DNA of 61,570 bases, filler included, from Candidatus Tectimicrobiota bacterium (GCA_016193065.1; 6 parts of 6 records of this genome joined end to end with filler, not necessarily neighbours in it); one strand, 5' to 3'. Positions 38,197 to 49,768 are shown, counted from the whole stretch's first letter. Numbers and translations are program-made. Notes: generated by a model from the sequence alone, not told the origin.

Positions 38197-39153
38197 TTAT
38201 GGCCCGGTCTTGTAGATGATCTTGGTCACGTCCAGCGGGGCTTTCAAGAGACCATGCCGGACCATGAGATCGGCGTAGCGCTGCAGCCCCTCGGAGTCGA
38301 CCCGGGTGTCCAGGATGTCCAACGCCACTTTTTGGGCCAGCTCGGGCTTCATCTGGGTAAACTCGATCAGGTACTGCACTCCTTCGGCCTTCTTTTCGTT
38401 CATGACCGCCATGGCCCGCCGGATACTGCGCACGAACTTCTCCACGAGTTGCGAGTGCTCCTTGATCCAGCCTTCCTCGGCAATCCAGCCCGCCAGCGGC
38501 AGACCCGGTTGGGTATCGATGTACGGATAGGCCAGGATCCTGGCCTTCCCGGTCTGCTGCAGGATGGTGCTGAACGGTTCGGGCAGAACGGCGCCGTCCA
38601 CCTGGCCCTTGAGGACCGCATCGGCCATGTTGGGCCAGGGGACCTCCCGGAAGTTGACGCGCTTGGGATCGACTTTATTCTTTTCCAAAGCAACCACGGC
38701 GGTCAGCCAGGTGACGTTTTTCAGATTGTTGACGGCCACGGTTCTGCCTTCCAGATCTTTGAGGGTGCGCACGGGCCCGTCCTGCCTGGTGAACAAGGCC
38801 AGGCCCGTGGGAGCCTGGCGGGGAGCCGAGGCGTTGCCGGCGATGATCAGGAAATTGTATCCGGCCGCGCGGGCTTGCAGGAAGGAAGTCCAGTTGCTGT
38901 AGATGATATCGAGTTTTTGGGCGGCCAGGACGGCCAGGGATTCGGCACCTCCCCCCAGAAACTTCACCTCCACATCGACCCCCTCCTGGCGGAAGTACCC
39001 GAGTTTTTCAGCAATGTAGAGGGGGGTCAGGTTGGCGATCTTCAGGGAGCCCACCACGATTTTCGCGGCGGGAGCGGCAGGCTGCGCCCCGGCTCCTCCC
39101 CCCCACAGCAACAGGGAAAATATGGCAACGCCCAGCATGATTCTCGCCCACAT
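38197..39153 (-). CDS. NMT1/THI5/SsuA-like ABC substrate-binding protein
   Basis: Signal peptide, GYFRQEGVDVE, DLEGRTVAVN, PEPF. Confidence 0.88.
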   Translation of the reverse strand: MWARIMLGVAIFSLLLWGGGAGAQPAAPAAKIVVGSLKIANLTPLYIAEKLGYFRQEGVDVEVKFLGGGAESLAVLAAQKLDIIYSNWTSFLQARAAGYNFLIIAGNASAPRQAPTGLALFTRQDGPVRTLKDLEGRTVAVNNLKNVTWLTAVVALEKNKVDPKRVNFREVPWPNMADAVLKGQVDGAVLPEPFSTILQQTGKARILAYPYIDTQPGLPLAGWIAEEGWIKEHSQLVEKFVRSIRRAMAVMNEKKAEGVQYLIEFTQMKPELAQKVALDILDTRVDSEGLQRYADLMVRHGLLKAPLDVTKIIYKTGP

Positions 39154-39558
39154 TTCTCTACCTCCTTTGCGGAAAGGATTCTCCGGCCTTAGAGTGTCGT
39201 GATCTCAAGATGGTGCTCGTCGACAGGGGACCGCCGGGATCATTGTCTGTTTCCCCCTCGAAGCGGGCTCGGGCAAAAAAGGATGCCCTATCCTAAAGGG
39301 GTTTGGGAGGAGGGTCAAGAGAACTGGGCCAAGAGAACTCTGAAGTTTGCCCGCCCCCAGTTCGTTACCTAAGAAGTGTTCCCTCATCAGCTCCTCGGGG
39401 GAACTCCCTTGGGCTCCCGAAGCTCTTGCGACGCGAGTCACGTCGGCCGGACCGAGAGTTCTCTTCCTCGCAACCGCTTAGGTCGCCTGCGGGAGCTACC
39501 CCCTCGGAGCGGAACGCCGTGGCTGATCGCTTAAGTGAGTTAAGGGGGTGACAACGGG

Positions 39559-39728
39559 GAGACCGGGAGTGCCCCGTACGGGCGACTTACCTGTCTGCGT
39601 GTCCGCACAGGCAGGAAGTTTTGCAGGCGTCGCCGCCGCAAGACTTGAATGTCCTGGAATGCGAAAAAGCCTTGAACTTAAATCGCCCTAACGTGCAAAA
39701 CTGGAGCCCCGAGGGGCACCCCGGTCTC
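39559..39728. ncRNA. Candidate 170-nt structured RNA or repeat element, unassigned
   Basis: 16-bp closing stem and nested inverted repeats; no family core recognised. Confidence 0.3.
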
Positions 39729-39825
39729 TTCACAGCTTGCGGCAAGAGGTTCCCAATTGATGTACAACGCTCAGAAGACTGATGGGGGTGGGCAGGAAGT
39801 CTGAAGCGGTCCCAGTAAAGGGCAC

Positions 39826-39908
39826 AAAAAAGACTTTCCCACTTTATGAGTGCGCTGCAGGTGCGCGCCGTACGGCGCAGAGGAAAGTCACTCACAAAGT
39901 GGGAAAGT
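39826..39908 (-). terminator. Long-stem terminator-like structure of the Lys-rich peptide gene
   Basis: 20-bp arms 39833-39852 / 39889-39908 followed by a T run on the minus strand. Confidence 0.65.
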
Positions 39909-39926
39909 TAGGCTAACTACTACTAA

Positions 39927-40004
39927 CTACTTTTTCTTCTTCTTGGCGGCGGCCTTCTTCGCTCCGCCCTTTTTCTTCGTAGCAGCCTTTTTCTTCGTAG
40001 CCAT
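39927..40004 (-). CDS. 25-aa Lys/Ala-rich histone-H1-like peptide
   Basis: MATKKKAATKKKGGAKKAAAKKKKK*; AAGGAGG RBS, upstream TTGACA, downstream terminator. Confidence 0.75.
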   Translation of the reverse strand: MATKKKAATKKKGGAKKAAAKKKKK

Positions 40005-40122
40005 TCTTTCCTCCTTCAACGGTTACCGTTTCTGAGACCCTGCTCACCTCCTTGCCTCTTCGATACGGCCTCACCCCGTGAGGCCTTCAACTTGTTCAAG
40101 GGAAATTCTTTCATCTGGGACC

Positions 40123-40152
40123 TATATATGCGCTCCATATAATGTATGTCAA
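40123..40152 (-). promoter_or_regulatory. Sigma-70-type promoter for the peptide gene
   Basis: TTGACA (40152-40147), AT-rich -10 region 17-18 nt on, upstream A tracts. Confidence 0.5.
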
Positions 40153-40314
40153 GTTTTTTTTTCACTCTATATGTTGGATAGTCATTTTTTTTGTCCGTAA
40201 AAGACAAATTTCTGTCTCCTGGGGGAATCGTGACGCTCCACAAGTTCTGAAATGCAATCGGGATCCCTGCTCAGGATCCTTTTTAAACCCGTTCCTCCGC
40301 TTTACTGACCTCTT

Positions 40315-40800
40315 TTATTTTTTTCCGCGCTCCCGTCCCGCGGCGCTGGCGGCCTTTTTGCTTTTGCTGCTCTCCGCCCGGACTTTTCCCTCGGAGGTCT
40401 TTCCTCCTTCTCCCTTTTTCTTCACCTTCTTCTCCAGCTCCACCACCCGATCCACCAGCTCGATGATGGCCATGGAGGCATTGTCGCCGACCCGGGGCCG
40501 GATCTTGTAGATGCGCGTATAGCCCCCCGGCCTCGTGGCATAGCGGCTGGCCAGAGCCGTGAAGAGTTTGTGAGCCACCACCTTGCTCCTCAGAACCTGC
40601 AGGGCGCGCCGGTGGGCGTGCAGCCCTCCCTTCTTTCCCAGGGTAATCAGCTTGTCGGCCCAGCTCCGCAGTTCCTTGGCCTTCGCCTCGGTGGTCTCAA
40701 TGTGCTCGTGCTCCAACAGGGAGGTGACCAGGTTTCGCATGAGGGCGCTGCGGCTGCTGGAATTCCGGCCCAGCTTCCTACCTGATTTTTGGTGTCGCAT
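40315..40800 (-). CDS. rplQ: 50S ribosomal protein L17
   Basis: [18 protein letters not shown]. Confidence 0.97.
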   Translation of the reverse strand: MRHQKSGRKLGRNSSSRSALMRNLVTSLLEHEHIETTEAKAKELRSWADKLITLGKKGGLHAHRRALQVLRSKVVAHKLFTALASRYATRPGGYTRIYKIRPRVGDNASMAIIELVDRVVELEKKVKKKGEGGKTSEGKVRAESSKSKKAASAAGRERGKK

Positions 40801-40847
40801 GGGATTTCCATATCCTCCGTTGACTTGGGCAAACAGCTCTCTTACTT

Positions 40848-41852
40848 CTAAACGGGCTTCGCCTCGGGCGCGGCGGCGGGTTCCAGCTCATCGAGCTTCA
40901 TCCCCAGGGAGAGGTCCATTTCTTCCAAAATCTCTTTTATCTCGTTCAGGGACTTACGCCCAAAGTTGCGGGTCTTCAGCATCTCCGCCTCGGTCTTCTG
41001 CACAAGATCGGCGATCGTCCGGATGTTGGCGTTCTTCAGGCAGTTGTAGGAGCGCACCGAGAGCTCCAGCTCATCGACGCTCTTTTGCAGGTTGGCGGCA
41101 ACCTTGAGCCGCTTCTCGTCCACCCTGGGGGCCTCGGGCTCCATCTGCTCCTCGAAGTTGATGAACATCTGATAGTGGTCTTTGAGAACCTTGGCGGCCT
41201 GGGCGATGGCGTCCTCGGGCGAAAGACTGCCGTCGGTCCACACCTCAAGAATCAACTTGTCGAAGTCGGTGGCCTGCCCCACGCGGGTGTTCTCAACCCG
41301 GAAGTTGATCTTCGTGACGGGGGAGAAGATGGCGTCGATGGGAATGGTCTGGGTCGACCAGTCTCCGTTCGTCTGCTTCTCCGCGGGCACGTACCCGCGC
41401 CCTGCTTGTACCGTCATCTCCATGTTCAGATGGCCGTCCTTGTTCAGGGTCACCAGGTGCAGATCGGGGTTTAGAATCTTGATGTCCGCGTCGGCTTCAA
41501 TGTCCCTGGCTGCCACATCGCGGGGTCCTTTCACGTTTAGGTACATGGTCTTGGGGAGTTCACCGCCCAGAAGCCTGAGCCTGAGCTCCTTCAAGTTCAG
41601 GATGATGTCGCTCACATCTTCCCGGACGCCGGGTATGGTGGAAAATTCGTGATAGACCCCCTCAATTTTCACGGCGGTCACCGCGATGCCCTGCAGTGAA
41701 GAGAGCAGGGTACGCCTGAGGGAGTTTCCGATGGTCGTGCCGAACCCCCTCTCAAAGGGCTCGGCCACGAACTTGCCGTACGTCTCCGTGAGGGTGGACT
41801 TGTCACACTCCAACCGTCTGGGTTTTTGAAAGGTGGCCCACATCGTGCTCAT
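40848..41852 (-). CDS. rpoA: RNA polymerase alpha subunit
   Basis: [37 protein letters not shown] before ATG 41852. Confidence 0.98.
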   Translation of the reverse strand: MSTMWATFQKPRRLECDKSTLTETYGKFVAEPFERGFGTTIGNSLRRTLLSSLQGIAVTAVKIEGVYHEFSTIPGVREDVSDIILNLKELRLRLLGGELPKTMYLNVKGPRDVAARDIEADADIKILNPDLHLVTLNKDGHLNMEMTVQAGRGYVPAEKQTNGDWSTQTIPIDAIFSPVTKINFRVENTRVGQATDFDKLILEVWTDGSLSPEDAIAQAAKVLKDHYQMFINFEEQMEPEAPRVDEKRLKVAANLQKSVDELELSVRSYNCLKNANIRTIADLVQKTEAEMLKTRNFGRKSLNEIKEILEEMDLSLGMKLDELEPAAAPEAKPV

Positions 41853-41915
41853 ACTACCTCCGCGAGCTGCCCCCCTGTAAACCATCCCAGGAGAGAGCAC
41901 GCACCAGTTAATTCC

Positions 41916-42542
41916 CTATTTGGAATACAATTCGACAACAAGCTGCTCCTGGATCGGGGTGGTGACATCTTCCCGGACCGGCAGGCCCTTGACGGCCGCT
42001 TTCATCTTTTCCCGATCCAGCTCCAACCAGGGGGGGATTCCCCGTTGCTCGACCCGTTCCAGAGCCGACTTGATCAATTCCTTCTCCTTGCTCTTGGGCC
42101 TGACCTCCACCACGTCCCCGGCCGCCACCAGGAAGGAAGGGATATTGACCTTGCGACCGTTCACCGCGAAATGGTTCTGGCGCACGAGCTGGCGGGCCTG
42201 ACTCCGGGAGGTGGCAAATCCGCCGCGGTAGACCACGTTATCAAGTCTGCGCTCCAGGAGAGAAAGCAGGTTCTCCCCGGTCACACCCTGCATTTTATCG
42301 GCCTTGAGGAAATAGTTGCGGAATTGCCTTTCAAAAATGCTGTAGATGCGCCGGACTTTCTGCTTTTCCCGCAACTGCAGCCCGAATTCCGTGACCTTGG
42401 AGCGCTTCTGTCCGTGCTGCCCCGGGGGGTAATTGCGCTTCTCGATCGCGCACTTGTCCCCCATGCAACGCTGCCCCTTGAGAAAAAGCTTCGTCCCCTC
42501 GCGCCGGCAATGGCGGCAGACTGAACCAAGATATCTCGCCAA
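41916..42542 (-). CDS. rpsD: 30S ribosomal protein S4
   Basis: [29 protein letters not shown] start. Confidence 0.98.
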   Translation of the reverse strand: MARYLGSVCRHCRREGTKLFLKGQRCMGDKCAIEKRNYPPGQHGQKRSKVTEFGLQLREKQKVRRIYSIFERQFRNYFLKADKMQGVTGENLLSLLERRLDNVVYRGGFATSRSQARQLVRQNHFAVNGRKVNIPSFLVAAGDVVEVRPKSKEKELIKSALERVEQRGIPPWLELDREKMKAAVKGLPVREDVTTPIQEQLVVELYSK

Positions 42543-42570
42543 ACTTCATCCTCCCATTTTCAAAATAGAA

Positions 42571-42966
42571 TCAGACCCTGCGCCTCTTCGGAGGTCTGCA
42601 CCCGTTATGCGGAATCGGAGTCACGTCCCGAATTAAGGTGATCTCCAGCCCGGCAGCCTGCAACGACCGGATCGCGGACTCCCGCCCGCTGCCCGGCCCC
42701 TTGACCAGGACCGAGACCCGGCGCATGCCCTGCTCCATGGCCTTCTTGGCGGCCGCCTCGGCCGCAATCTGGGCCGCAAAGGGCGTGCTTTTCCGGGAGC
42801 CCTTGAAAGCCTGGGTTCCGGCGCTTGCCCAGGCAATCGTGTTCCCCGAGACATCGCTGATGGTAATCAAGGTGTTGTTGAAAGTGGCCTGAATGTGAGC
42901 GACTCCCTCGCTGACATTCCAGCGCTCTTTCTTCTTTCCTGCCCCCTTCTTCTTGGCCTTCGCCAT
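42571..42966 (-). CDS. rpsK: 30S ribosomal protein S11
   Basis: [21 protein letters not shown]. Confidence 0.98.
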   Translation of the reverse strand: MAKAKKKGAGKKKERWNVSEGVAHIQATFNNTLITISDVSGNTIAWASAGTQAFKGSRKSTPFAAQIAAEAAAKKAMEQGMRRVSVLVKGPGSGRESAIRSLQAAGLEITLIRDVTPIPHNGCRPPKRRRV

Positions 42967-42985
42967 ATGCTCTCCTTAATCGCCC

Positions 42986-43363
42986 CTAAACAGCCGCCTT
43001 GGCCCTGGCCCCGATGGTCCGCCGGGGGCCCTTGCGGGTCCTGGAGTTCGTGCGGGTCCTCTGACCCCGCACCGGCAGCCCCCGCCGGTGCCGCAACCCC
43101 CGGTAGCATCCGATGTCCATGAGGCGCTTGATATCCATGGAACGGTCCCGGCGCAGATCTCCCTCCACCCGGTATTCCTGCTGGATAATCGCCTGAATTT
43201 TGCTGAGCTCTTTCTCCGTGAGATCCTTCACCCGGGCGTCCCTGCCGATCTGGGCGGCATCGAGAATTTTTCTCGCGGAGGTTCTGCCGACCCCATAAAT
43301 GTACGTCAGACCGACCTCGACCCGCTTTTCTGCCGGAATATCGACTCCTGCAACTCTGGCCAC
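42986..43363 (-). CDS. rpsM: 30S ribosomal protein S13
   Basis: [21 protein letters not shown]. Confidence 0.98.
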   Translation of the reverse strand: MARVAGVDIPAEKRVEVGLTYIYGVGRTSARKILDAAQIGRDARVKDLTEKELSKIQAIIQQEYRVEGDLRRDRSMDIKRLMDIGCYRGLRHRRGLPVRGQRTRTNSRTRKGPRRTIGARAKAAV

Positions 43364-43380
43364 CGCTCAATCCTCCCCGC

Positions 43381-43494
43381 TCATCCCTGGCGCTGTTTGT
43401 GCTTGGGATTCTCGCATATGACTCGCACCACGCCTTTCCGGCGGATCACCTTGCACTTATTGCAAATGGGTTTTACCGAAGCTCGCACCTTCAC
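43381..43494 (-). CDS. rpmJ: 50S ribosomal protein L36
   Basis: Not in ORF track; GTG start, [37 protein letters not shown]. Confidence 0.97.
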   Translation of the reverse strand: MKVRASVKPICNKCKVIRRKGVVRVICENPKHKQRQG

Positions 43495-43506
43495 TTCTTC
43501 TCTCCC

Positions 43507-43725
43507 TTACTTGAACCGGTAGACGATCCGCCCCCGGGTTAAATCGTAGGGGGACAGCTCCACTTTCACCCGATCCCCGGGCAAGATGCGGATAAAATGC
43601 ATGCGCATTTTCCCCGAAATGTGAGCCAGCACCTTGTGGCCGTTGTCCAGCTCAACCCGGAACATGGCATTGGGAAGAGGTTCGGTGACCGTCCCCTCGA
43701 CCTCAATGGGCTCTTCCTTTTCCAT
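43507..43725 (-). CDS. infA: Translation initiation factor IF-1
   Basis: [25 protein letters not shown]. Confidence 0.98.
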   Translation of the reverse strand: MEKEEPIEVEGTVTEPLPNAMFRVELDNGHKVLAHISGKMRMHFIRILPGDRVKVELSPYDLTRGRIVYRFK

Positions 43726-43745
43726 ATTCCTTCTGCGAGCCTCCC

Positions 43746-44498
43746 TTAGTTGAACCGGCTGAGAACATCGCAGCCGTTCTTTGCAACGGCCACGGTATGT
43801 TCGAAGTGGGCCGACAGACTCCCGTCCTGCGTCACCACCGTCCACTTATCGTCCAAAATCCGCACGTCGCTCGTCCCCACGTTGACCATAGGCTCCACGG
43901 CCAGGACCATCCCCTCCTTCAGCCGCGGCCCCCGCCCGGGGGGGCCGAAGTTGGGGATCTGCGGCTCTTCATGAAGCGAGGCGCCGATTCCGTGGCCTAC
44001 AAAGATGCGCACGACAGAAAAACCCTCTTTCTCAACCGCCGTCTGAATCGCGTGGGAAATATCCGACAGGCAGTTGTTTTCCCGGACCTGCTGCAAGCCG
44101 CACTCCAGGGAGGCGCGGGTGACTTCGAGAAGCTTTCTGGCCACCTCGGGGATCTCTCCCACGCCCACCGTGATGGCCGCATCGCCGTAGTAGCCTTCAT
44201 AAAGGGAGCCCAGATCCAGACTGATCACGTCCCCCTCCCGGAGCTTGCGCTGCGCCGAAGGGATCCCGTGCACGACCTCCTCATTAATCGAGGCGCACAG
44301 GGACATGGGAAATCCCCGGTACCCCTTGAAGGCGGGCGCGGCGCCCCGTTCCTTCAGATACCGCTCGGCGATGTCGTTTAGCTCCAGGGTCGTAATTCCC
44401 GGCTCCACGGCTTTCTCCAGAAGCTGCAGAGCCTCGGCGACGATCCGGCAGCTGGCCCTGATCTTCTCGATCTCCTGCGGCGACTTCAAAATGATCAC
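43746..44498 (-). CDS. map: Methionine aminopeptidase type I
   Basis: [32 protein letters not shown] overlap with adk. Confidence 0.96.
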   Translation of the reverse strand: MIILKSPQEIEKIRASCRIVAEALQLLEKAVEPGITTLELNDIAERYLKERGAAPAFKGYRGFPMSLCASINEEVVHGIPSAQRKLREGDVISLDLGSLYEGYYGDAAITVGVGEIPEVARKLLEVTRASLECGLQQVRENNCLSDISHAIQTAVEKEGFSVVRIFVGHGIGASLHEEPQIPNFGPPGRGPRLKEGMVLAVEPMVNVGTSDVRILDDKWTVVTQDGSLSAHFEHTVAVAKNGCDVLSRFN

Positions 44499-45145
44499 GA
44501 CGCCAAAGTCCCCCTCAATTGGCTCCGGATCCGGGAGAATACTTCCGCCACGGTGCCCATGCCGTCCACCCTCATGAGCTTCCCCCTCTTCTGATAGTAG
44601 TCGATCAGGGGCTGGGTTTGCTCCCGGTAGACCTTGAGCCTCCGGCGGATCGTCTCTTCTTGATCGTCCTCCCTCTGATAAAGCTCTCCGCCGCACTTGG
44701 GACAGGAATCGCTCGCTTGCTTCCGGGTGAAGGTCTCGCCGCATCCCCGGCAGGTTCGGCGGGCCGACAGCCGCCCCAACAGTTCGGCTTCATTCACCTC
44801 CACGCTGACGATCGCATCGATGGCTTGGTGGCGTTCCTCTAACGCTCTCTCGAGTCCGTCCGCCTGGGCCGCCGTGCGGGGGAATCCGTCCAGAATGAAT
44901 CCCGGCGCGCAATCCGGCTCCTGGATCCGCCCCTCGATGAGCCGGATCATGAGGCCGTCCGGAACCAGGGCCCCGCGCTCCATGTACGCTTTGGCTTCCT
45001 TGCCCAGGGCGGTCTCTGATTTCACCGCCTGGCGCAGGATGTCCCCCGTTGAGATCTGCGGGACCTTCAAATCCTCCACCAGAAGCTTGGCCTGGGTTCC
45101 CTTTCCCGCTCCCGGTGCTCCGAGCAGGATAATCCGCATTGCCAA
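44495..45145 (-). CDS. adk: Adenylate kinase
   Basis: GAPGAGKGTQA, DGFPRT, Zn-type lid with two CxxC. Confidence 0.97.
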   Translation of the reverse strand: MAMRIILLGAPGAGKGTQAKLLVEDLKVPQISTGDILRQAVKSETALGKEAKAYMERGALVPDGLMIRLIEGRIQEPDCAPGFILDGFPRTAAQADGLERALEERHQAIDAIVSVEVNEAELLGRLSARRTCRGCGETFTRKQASDSCPKCGGELYQREDDQEETIRRRLKVYREQTQPLIDYYQKRGKLMRVDGMGTVAEVFSRIRSQLRGTLAS

Positions 45146-45151
45146 ACGCCC

Positions 45152-46465
45152 CTACCCCCTGCGTCCCCGGAGTCTGCCCCGCTTCAAAAACCCCTCGTAG
45201 TTCCTCATCACCAGATGGGACTCGACCTGCTGCATGGTGTCCATGGCCACCCCGACCACGATCAGAAGAGCCGTCCCACCGAAATAGAAGGGGACCTTCA
45301 TGTACTGGATGAGGTAGGTAGGCAAGATAACGATCACGGAGAGGTAGATGGCCCCCGTGAAGGTGAGGCGAGACAGGGTCCGGTCCACAAACTGCGACGT
45401 GTTCTTTCCCGGACGAATGCCGGGGACAAACCCGCCGGATTTTTTCAGGTTGTCGGCCACATCATCCGGGTTAAAGATGATCGCGGTGTAAAAGTACGCA
45501 AAGAAAAAGATGAGGACCACTGTGAGAATCGTATACAGAAGCCCCCCCGGAGCCAGACTGTTGGAAATGAAACTGATCCAGGGGTGGTCGACAAACTGGG
45601 TGATCGTGGCCGGAAAGGCAATGATCGACGAAGCAAATATGGGCGGAATGACGCCGGAGGTATTGATCTTGAGGGGCAGGTAGGTGCTCTGGCCGCCATA
45701 AATGCGCCGCCCCACCACCCGCTTGGCGGACTGGATGGGGATCTTGCGGTGGCCGCTTTCCATGACCACGATGGCTCCGACCACCACGACCATCATGGCC
45801 AGCAGAACCAGCATGAGAAGCGGCGCCATCTCGCCCGTGCGAATGAGGCTCAAGGTGTTGCCAACCGCCCGGGGCAAGCCGGTCACGATGCCCGCGAAAA
45901 TGATCAGGGAAATCCCGTTTCCGATCCCGCGCTCGGTAATCTGCTCTCCGAGCCACATGATGAAGACCGTGCCCGTGGTCAGCGTCAGGATGGTCAGAAG
46001 GCGAAACGACCAGCCGGGGAAGGGCACCACGGGCACCCCACCGGGGCTCACCATCTTTTCCAGACCAATGCTGATCCCGAGGGCCTGGACGACGCTCAAG
46101 ACCACGGTTCCATAGCGGGCGTACTGGTTGAGCTTCTTGCGTCCCTGCTCCCCCTCTTTCTTGAGCTTGGCCAGGGTGGGGAAAACGACCGAGAGCAGAT
46201 CGAGGATGATCGAGGAGCTGATGTAGGGCATGATTCCCAGGGCGAAAATGGTCATCTGGCCCAAGGCCCCCCCGGAAAACATGTCAAAGAACCCGAAGAT
46301 GGTCCCCTGGGTCCGCGCGATGAACTCGGCCAGCGCCTCTCCGTTGATCCCCGGCGTGGGGATGTGGGCGCCGACACGGTAGACGGCCAGAAGAGCCAGA
46401 GTATAGAGGAGACGGCGCTTCAGTTCGGGAACTCTGAAGATATTTTGAATGCTCTCAACGGCCAA
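45152..46465 (-). CDS. secY: Preprotein translocase SecY
   Basis: [23 protein letters not shown]. Confidence 0.98.
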   Translation of the reverse strand: MAVESIQNIFRVPELKRRLLYTLALLAVYRVGAHIPTPGINGEALAEFIARTQGTIFGFFDMFSGGALGQMTIFALGIMPYISSSIILDLLSVVFPTLAKLKKEGEQGRKKLNQYARYGTVVLSVVQALGISIGLEKMVSPGGVPVVPFPGWSFRLLTILTLTTGTVFIMWLGEQITERGIGNGISLIIFAGIVTGLPRAVGNTLSLIRTGEMAPLLMLVLLAMMVVVVGAIVVMESGHRKIPIQSAKRVVGRRIYGGQSTYLPLKINTSGVIPPIFASSIIAFPATITQFVDHPWISFISNSLAPGGLLYTILTVVLIFFFAYFYTAIIFNPDDVADNLKKSGGFVPGIRPGKNTSQFVDRTLSRLTFTGAIYLSVIVILPTYLIQYMKVPFYFGGTALLIVVGVAMDTMQQVESHLVMRNYEGFLKRGRLRGRRG

Positions 46466-46907
46466 GCCCGATCACCTCCGCCTTTCCTCCGGCTGCAGCA
46501 ATCTTCTCCAGCGCCGTCTTACTGAAAGCGCTGGCCTGAACTGTGAGGGATACCGGCAGATCGCCGTTTCCCAGGATCTTGACCCCGTCCCCCAGTTTCT
46601 TCAAGATCCCGCTCTCTCTGAGGAGATCCGGTGTGACCAGGGTCCCGGCGGGAAAGCGCTGCAAGTCCCGCAGGTTGACCACGGCGTAGCGGCGTTTAAA
46701 GATGTTGGTGAACCCCCCTTTGGGCAGGCGCCTCTGCAGGGGCATTTGTCCCCCTTCAAACCAGGGGGCCGGACCGCCTCCCGAACGGGCTTTCTGGCCT
46801 TTGTGCCCCTTGCCCGACGTTTTGCCCAGACCCGATCCGACTCCGCGCCCGACTCGCCTGCGCTCCTTGCTGGATCCCCGGTGGGGCTTCAGGGTGCCGA
46901 TTCTCAT
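46455..46907 (-). CDS. rplO: 50S ribosomal protein L15
   Basis: [18 protein letters not shown]. Confidence 0.97.
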   Translation of the reverse strand: MRIGTLKPHRGSSKERRRVGRGVGSGLGKTSGKGHKGQKARSGGGPAPWFEGGQMPLQRRLPKGGFTNIFKRRYAVVNLRDLQRFPAGTLVTPDLLRESGILKKLGDGVKILGNGDLPVSLTVQASAFSKTALEKIAAAGGKAEVIGLGR

Positions 46908-47104
46908 CAGACCTCCTTCACTTCCACGAGGTGTGAAACCCTGGCGATCATCCCCCGAATTTCCGGGGTGTCGGGGCAGACCACGGTCCTGTGGAGCTTG
47001 CCCAGACCCAGTCCCCGCAAAACCTGCCGCGTCCGCACGGGATGGCCAATCATGCTGCGGATCTGGGTAACGGCCAGTTGCTTTTCCGACCTTTCCCTTA
47101 CCAC
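46907..47104 (-). CDS. rpmD: 50S ribosomal protein L30
   Basis: RSMIG...LGL...IRGMI..VSHLV. Confidence 0.93.
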   Translation of the reverse strand: MVRERSEKQLAVTQIRSMIGHPVRTRQVLRGLGLGKLHRTVVCPDTPEIRGMIARVSHLVEVKEV

Positions 47105-47120
47105 GATGCCCTCCCCCTCC

Positions 47121-47636
47121 TTAAACTTCCGCGGCTTCCATGGCCGGTTTCTCCACAGTCTTGCCCCGCATCCGGCTCACGTCGTCCGGGCTGCGCAGTT
47201 TCAGCAACCCCTGCACGGTAGCTTTCACCACGTTGTGGGGGTTGCTGGACCCCAGGCACTTGGTCAGGATGTCCCGCACTCCGGCCATTTCCATGATAGC
47301 GCGGACCGCCCCTCCGGCAATGACTCCGGTCCCTTTGGAGGCCGGCTTCATGAGCACTCTGCTGGAGCTGAAGGCTCCGATGATCTGATGAGGAATGGTG
47401 TTTCCCTTGAGGGGGATCGAGACCAGACTCCTCTTGGCTTTCTCAATCGCCTTGCTGATGGCTTCGGGCACCTCGTTGGCTTTTCCCAGTCCCACTCCGA
47501 CCCGCCCGGACTTGTCCCCCACCGCGACCAGCGCGCTGAAGCTGAAGCGCCGCCCCCCCTTGACCACCTTGGCCACACGGTTGATGAAAATAATCTTGTC
47601 GGTCAGTTCTTTTTCAGCGCGCTCATCTTCGGCCAA
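47121..47636 (-). CDS. rpsE: 30S ribosomal protein S5
   Basis: [24 protein letters not shown]. Confidence 0.98.
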   Translation of the reverse strand: MAEDERAEKELTDKIIFINRVAKVVKGGRRFSFSALVAVGDKSGRVGVGLGKANEVPEAISKAIEKAKRSLVSIPLKGNTIPHQIIGAFSSSRVLMKPASKGTGVIAGGAVRAIMEMAGVRDILTKCLGSSNPHNVVKATVQGLLKLRSPDDVSRMRGKTVEKPAMEAAEV

Positions 47637-47651
47637 GACCGTGTACTCCTC

Positions 47652-48020
47652 TCAAAAAATCAGACCCTTTTCCCGGGCTCCCTCGGCGACGGCCTTGACC
47701 CGACCGTGGTAGCGGTAGCCGCTGCGATCAAAGACCACCCGGGTAATCCCCTTTTCCCGGGCCTTCTCGGCGAGAAGCTCCCCCAGGAGCTTGGCCGCTG
47801 CCACGTTGCTGCCCTTGCCGGATCGGCTTTTGAAGTCATTGTGCAAGCTGGTCTGGGCGAGCAGCGTGCCACCACTCACGTCATCGATCAACTGGGCATA
47901 GATATGCCGGGCGCTCTTAAACACGCTCAGCCGGGGGCAAGCGGGAGTCCCTTGGACTTTCTTGCGGACCCGCTTGCGTCGTGCCTGGTGCGCCATCAAC
48001 AACCGTTTTTGTCGGTCCAC
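47652..48020 (-). CDS. rplR: 50S ribosomal protein L18
   Basis: [21 protein letters not shown]. Confidence 0.97.
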   Translation of the reverse strand: MDRQKRLLMAHQARRKRVRKKVQGTPACPRLSVFKSARHIYAQLIDDVSGGTLLAQTSLHNDFKSRSGKGSNVAAAKLLGELLAEKAREKGITRVVFDRSGYRYHGRVKAVAEGAREKGLIF

Positions 48021-48045
48021 CGCCTGCTCCCCTTCCTAACTCCTG

Positions 48046-48585
48046 CTACTTGGCGCCGGTCTTCCCTTCCTTGCGCCGGATTTTCTCCTCAACGTATTTG
48101 ATCCCCTTGCCCTTGTACGGCTCGGGAGGTTTCAGAGACCGCAGGTTGGCGGCCACCTGGCCCACAAGCTGCTTGTCGACGCCGCCGACAGTCACCCGGT
48201 TCTTTTCCACCTCGAAATGAATGCCGTCCGGGGCCGGGACCACAATGGGATGCGAATAGCCCAAATGAAGGGTCAGGTTCTTGCCTTGCACCTGGGCTCG
48301 GTATCCCACCCCGTTGATCTCCAATTCCTTTTTAAATCCCTGGGTGACCCCGGTAATCATGTTGGCAATCAAGGTGCGGGTAAGACCATGGAGGGAGCGG
48401 GACAGGCGGCTGCTCGCAGTGGGCGTCACCAGGATGGCGCCCGAGGAGGTCTCCACGGCCATGAGCCGATGCACAGGCTGGCTGAGCGTCCCCTTCGGGC
48501 CCTTGACCTGGACAGTGCCCTCTCCCGGAGTTACCTCGACCTCCTTGGGGTTATAGACAATCGGTTTCTTACCGACTCGAGACAT
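48046..48585 (-). CDS. rplF: 50S ribosomal protein L6
   Basis: MSRVGKKP, PEPYKGKGI. Confidence 0.98.
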   Translation of the reverse strand: MSRVGKKPIVYNPKEVEVTPGEGTVQVKGPKGTLSQPVHRLMAVETSSGAILVTPTASSRLSRSLHGLTRTLIANMITGVTQGFKKELEINGVGYRAQVQGKNLTLHLGYSHPIVVPAPDGIHFEVEKNRVTVGGVDKQLVGQVAANLRSLKPPEPYKGKGIKYVEEKIRRKEGKTGAK

Positions 48586-48605
48586 TTCGACTCTCGCCTC
48601 CGCCC

Positions 48606-49004
48606 TTACCAGACATAACAGAGAACCTCCCCTCCCACCCGCAACTTCCGGCAGGCCTGATCCGTCATGATCCCCTGCGGGGTGGAGAGAATGGCGATGC
48701 CGAGCCCGTGGAGCACCCTGGGCAGCTCGCGATAACCCGCATAAAGGCGTCTTCCCGGAGTGCTCATGCGCTTCAGACCCTGGATGACGCTTTCCGTCCC
48801 GCCCTCATATTTAAGCTCAATGTGAAGGATCCCCTGCTTGCGGTCCTTTACGAGAGTCACGTTCCGGATGTACCCCTCTTCTTGCAAAATCCCGGCGATC
48901 GCCAGTTTGATCTGCGAAGCAGGGACATCCACGGCCTCGTGGCGGGCCATGAGGCCGTTGCGGATGCGGGTCAGAAGATCTGCAATGGGATCGGTCATCG
49001 ACAT
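48606..49004 (-). CDS. rpsH: 30S ribosomal protein S8
   Basis: [21 protein letters not shown]. Confidence 0.98.
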   Translation of the reverse strand: MSMTDPIADLLTRIRNGLMARHEAVDVPASQIKLAIAGILQEEGYIRNVTLVKDRKQGILHIELKYEGGTESVIQGLKRMSTPGRRLYAGYRELPRVLHGLGIAILSTPQGIMTDQACRKLRVGGEVLCYVW

Positions 49005-49015
49005 GGGAAACTCCC

Positions 49016-49201
49016 CTACCAGCTGGCTTTAATCACCCCGGGGACCTCGCCTTTCAGGGCGAGGGCCCGAAAACAGATTCGACAAAGGTTGAACTTCCGC
49101 AGGTAGCCGCGCGGGCGCCCGCACAGACGGCAGCGATGATAGATCCGGCTCCGGAACTTGCTGCCCCTGGCCGCTTTGTGGATGAGTGATGTTTTTGCCA
49201 T
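49016..49201 (-). CDS. rpsN: 30S ribosomal protein S14, zinc-binding type
   Basis: 61 aa, CRLC...CRIC, KASW. Confidence 0.97.
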   Translation of the reverse strand: MAKTSLIHKAARGSKFRSRIYHRCRLCGRPRGYLRKFNLCRICFRALALKGEVPGVIKASW

Positions 49202-49209
49202 AGGTGTCC

Positions 49210-49752
49210 TTAACTCCGAAACGGCATGCCCAGAAGGCGAAGCAGTTCCTTGCCCTCCTCGTCGTTGCGACTCGTGGTGGTAATCGTGACTCCAAGGCCC
49301 TTGATCTTGTCAATCTTGTCATAGTCGATTTCCGGGAAGATGATCTGCTCGCGAATTCCCAGGGTATAGTTCCCCCGGCCGTCAAATCCGTTGGGAGACA
49401 CCCCCTTGAAATCCCGCACCCGCGGCAGAGCCACGTTGAGCAGCCGGTCCAGGAACTCGTACATGCGGCTGCCGCGCAGCGTCACCATGCAGCCGATGGC
49501 CATCCCCGCCCGCAGCTTGAAGTTGGCGATCGACTTCTTGGCCCGGGTAATCACCGGTTTTTGCCCCGTGAAGGCGGACAACTCGGTCACAGCCGACTCG
49601 AGGACCTTGGGATTCTGGATGGCCTCCCCCAGGCCCATGTTGACCACGACCTTCTGGAGCCGGGGAATCTCCATGACGTTCTTGTACCCGAACTTCTTGG
49701 TCAGGGCGGGCACGATCTCCCGGCGATATTTTTCCTTGAGCCTGGTTTCCAT
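49210..49752 (-). CDS. rplE: 50S ribosomal protein L5
   Basis: GQKP, FDGRGNY, FPEIDYD. Confidence 0.98.
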   Translation of the reverse strand: METRLKEKYRREIVPALTKKFGYKNVMEIPRLQKVVVNMGLGEAIQNPKVLESAVTELSAFTGQKPVITRAKKSIANFKLRAGMAIGCMVTLRGSRMYEFLDRLLNVALPRVRDFKGVSPNGFDGRGNYTLGIREQIIFPEIDYDKIDKIKGLGVTITTTSRNDEEGKELLRLLGMPFRS

Positions 49753-49768
49753 AAGCTCCCTTGTGTCC

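Noticed and set aside
39384-39390. Minus-strand CTGATGA, as in a hammerhead ribozyme or fluoride riboswitch
   Set aside because: No stem II followed by GAAA, and no GATGG leader before GAGTTCCCC.
39544-39563. GGGGGTGA start resembling tmRNA
   Set aside because: No TTCGAC and no T-arm/CCA 3' end.
39880-39889. GAGGAAAGTC resembling the RNase P RNA core
   Set aside because: Other conserved regions are missing and it sits within a terminator-like hairpin.
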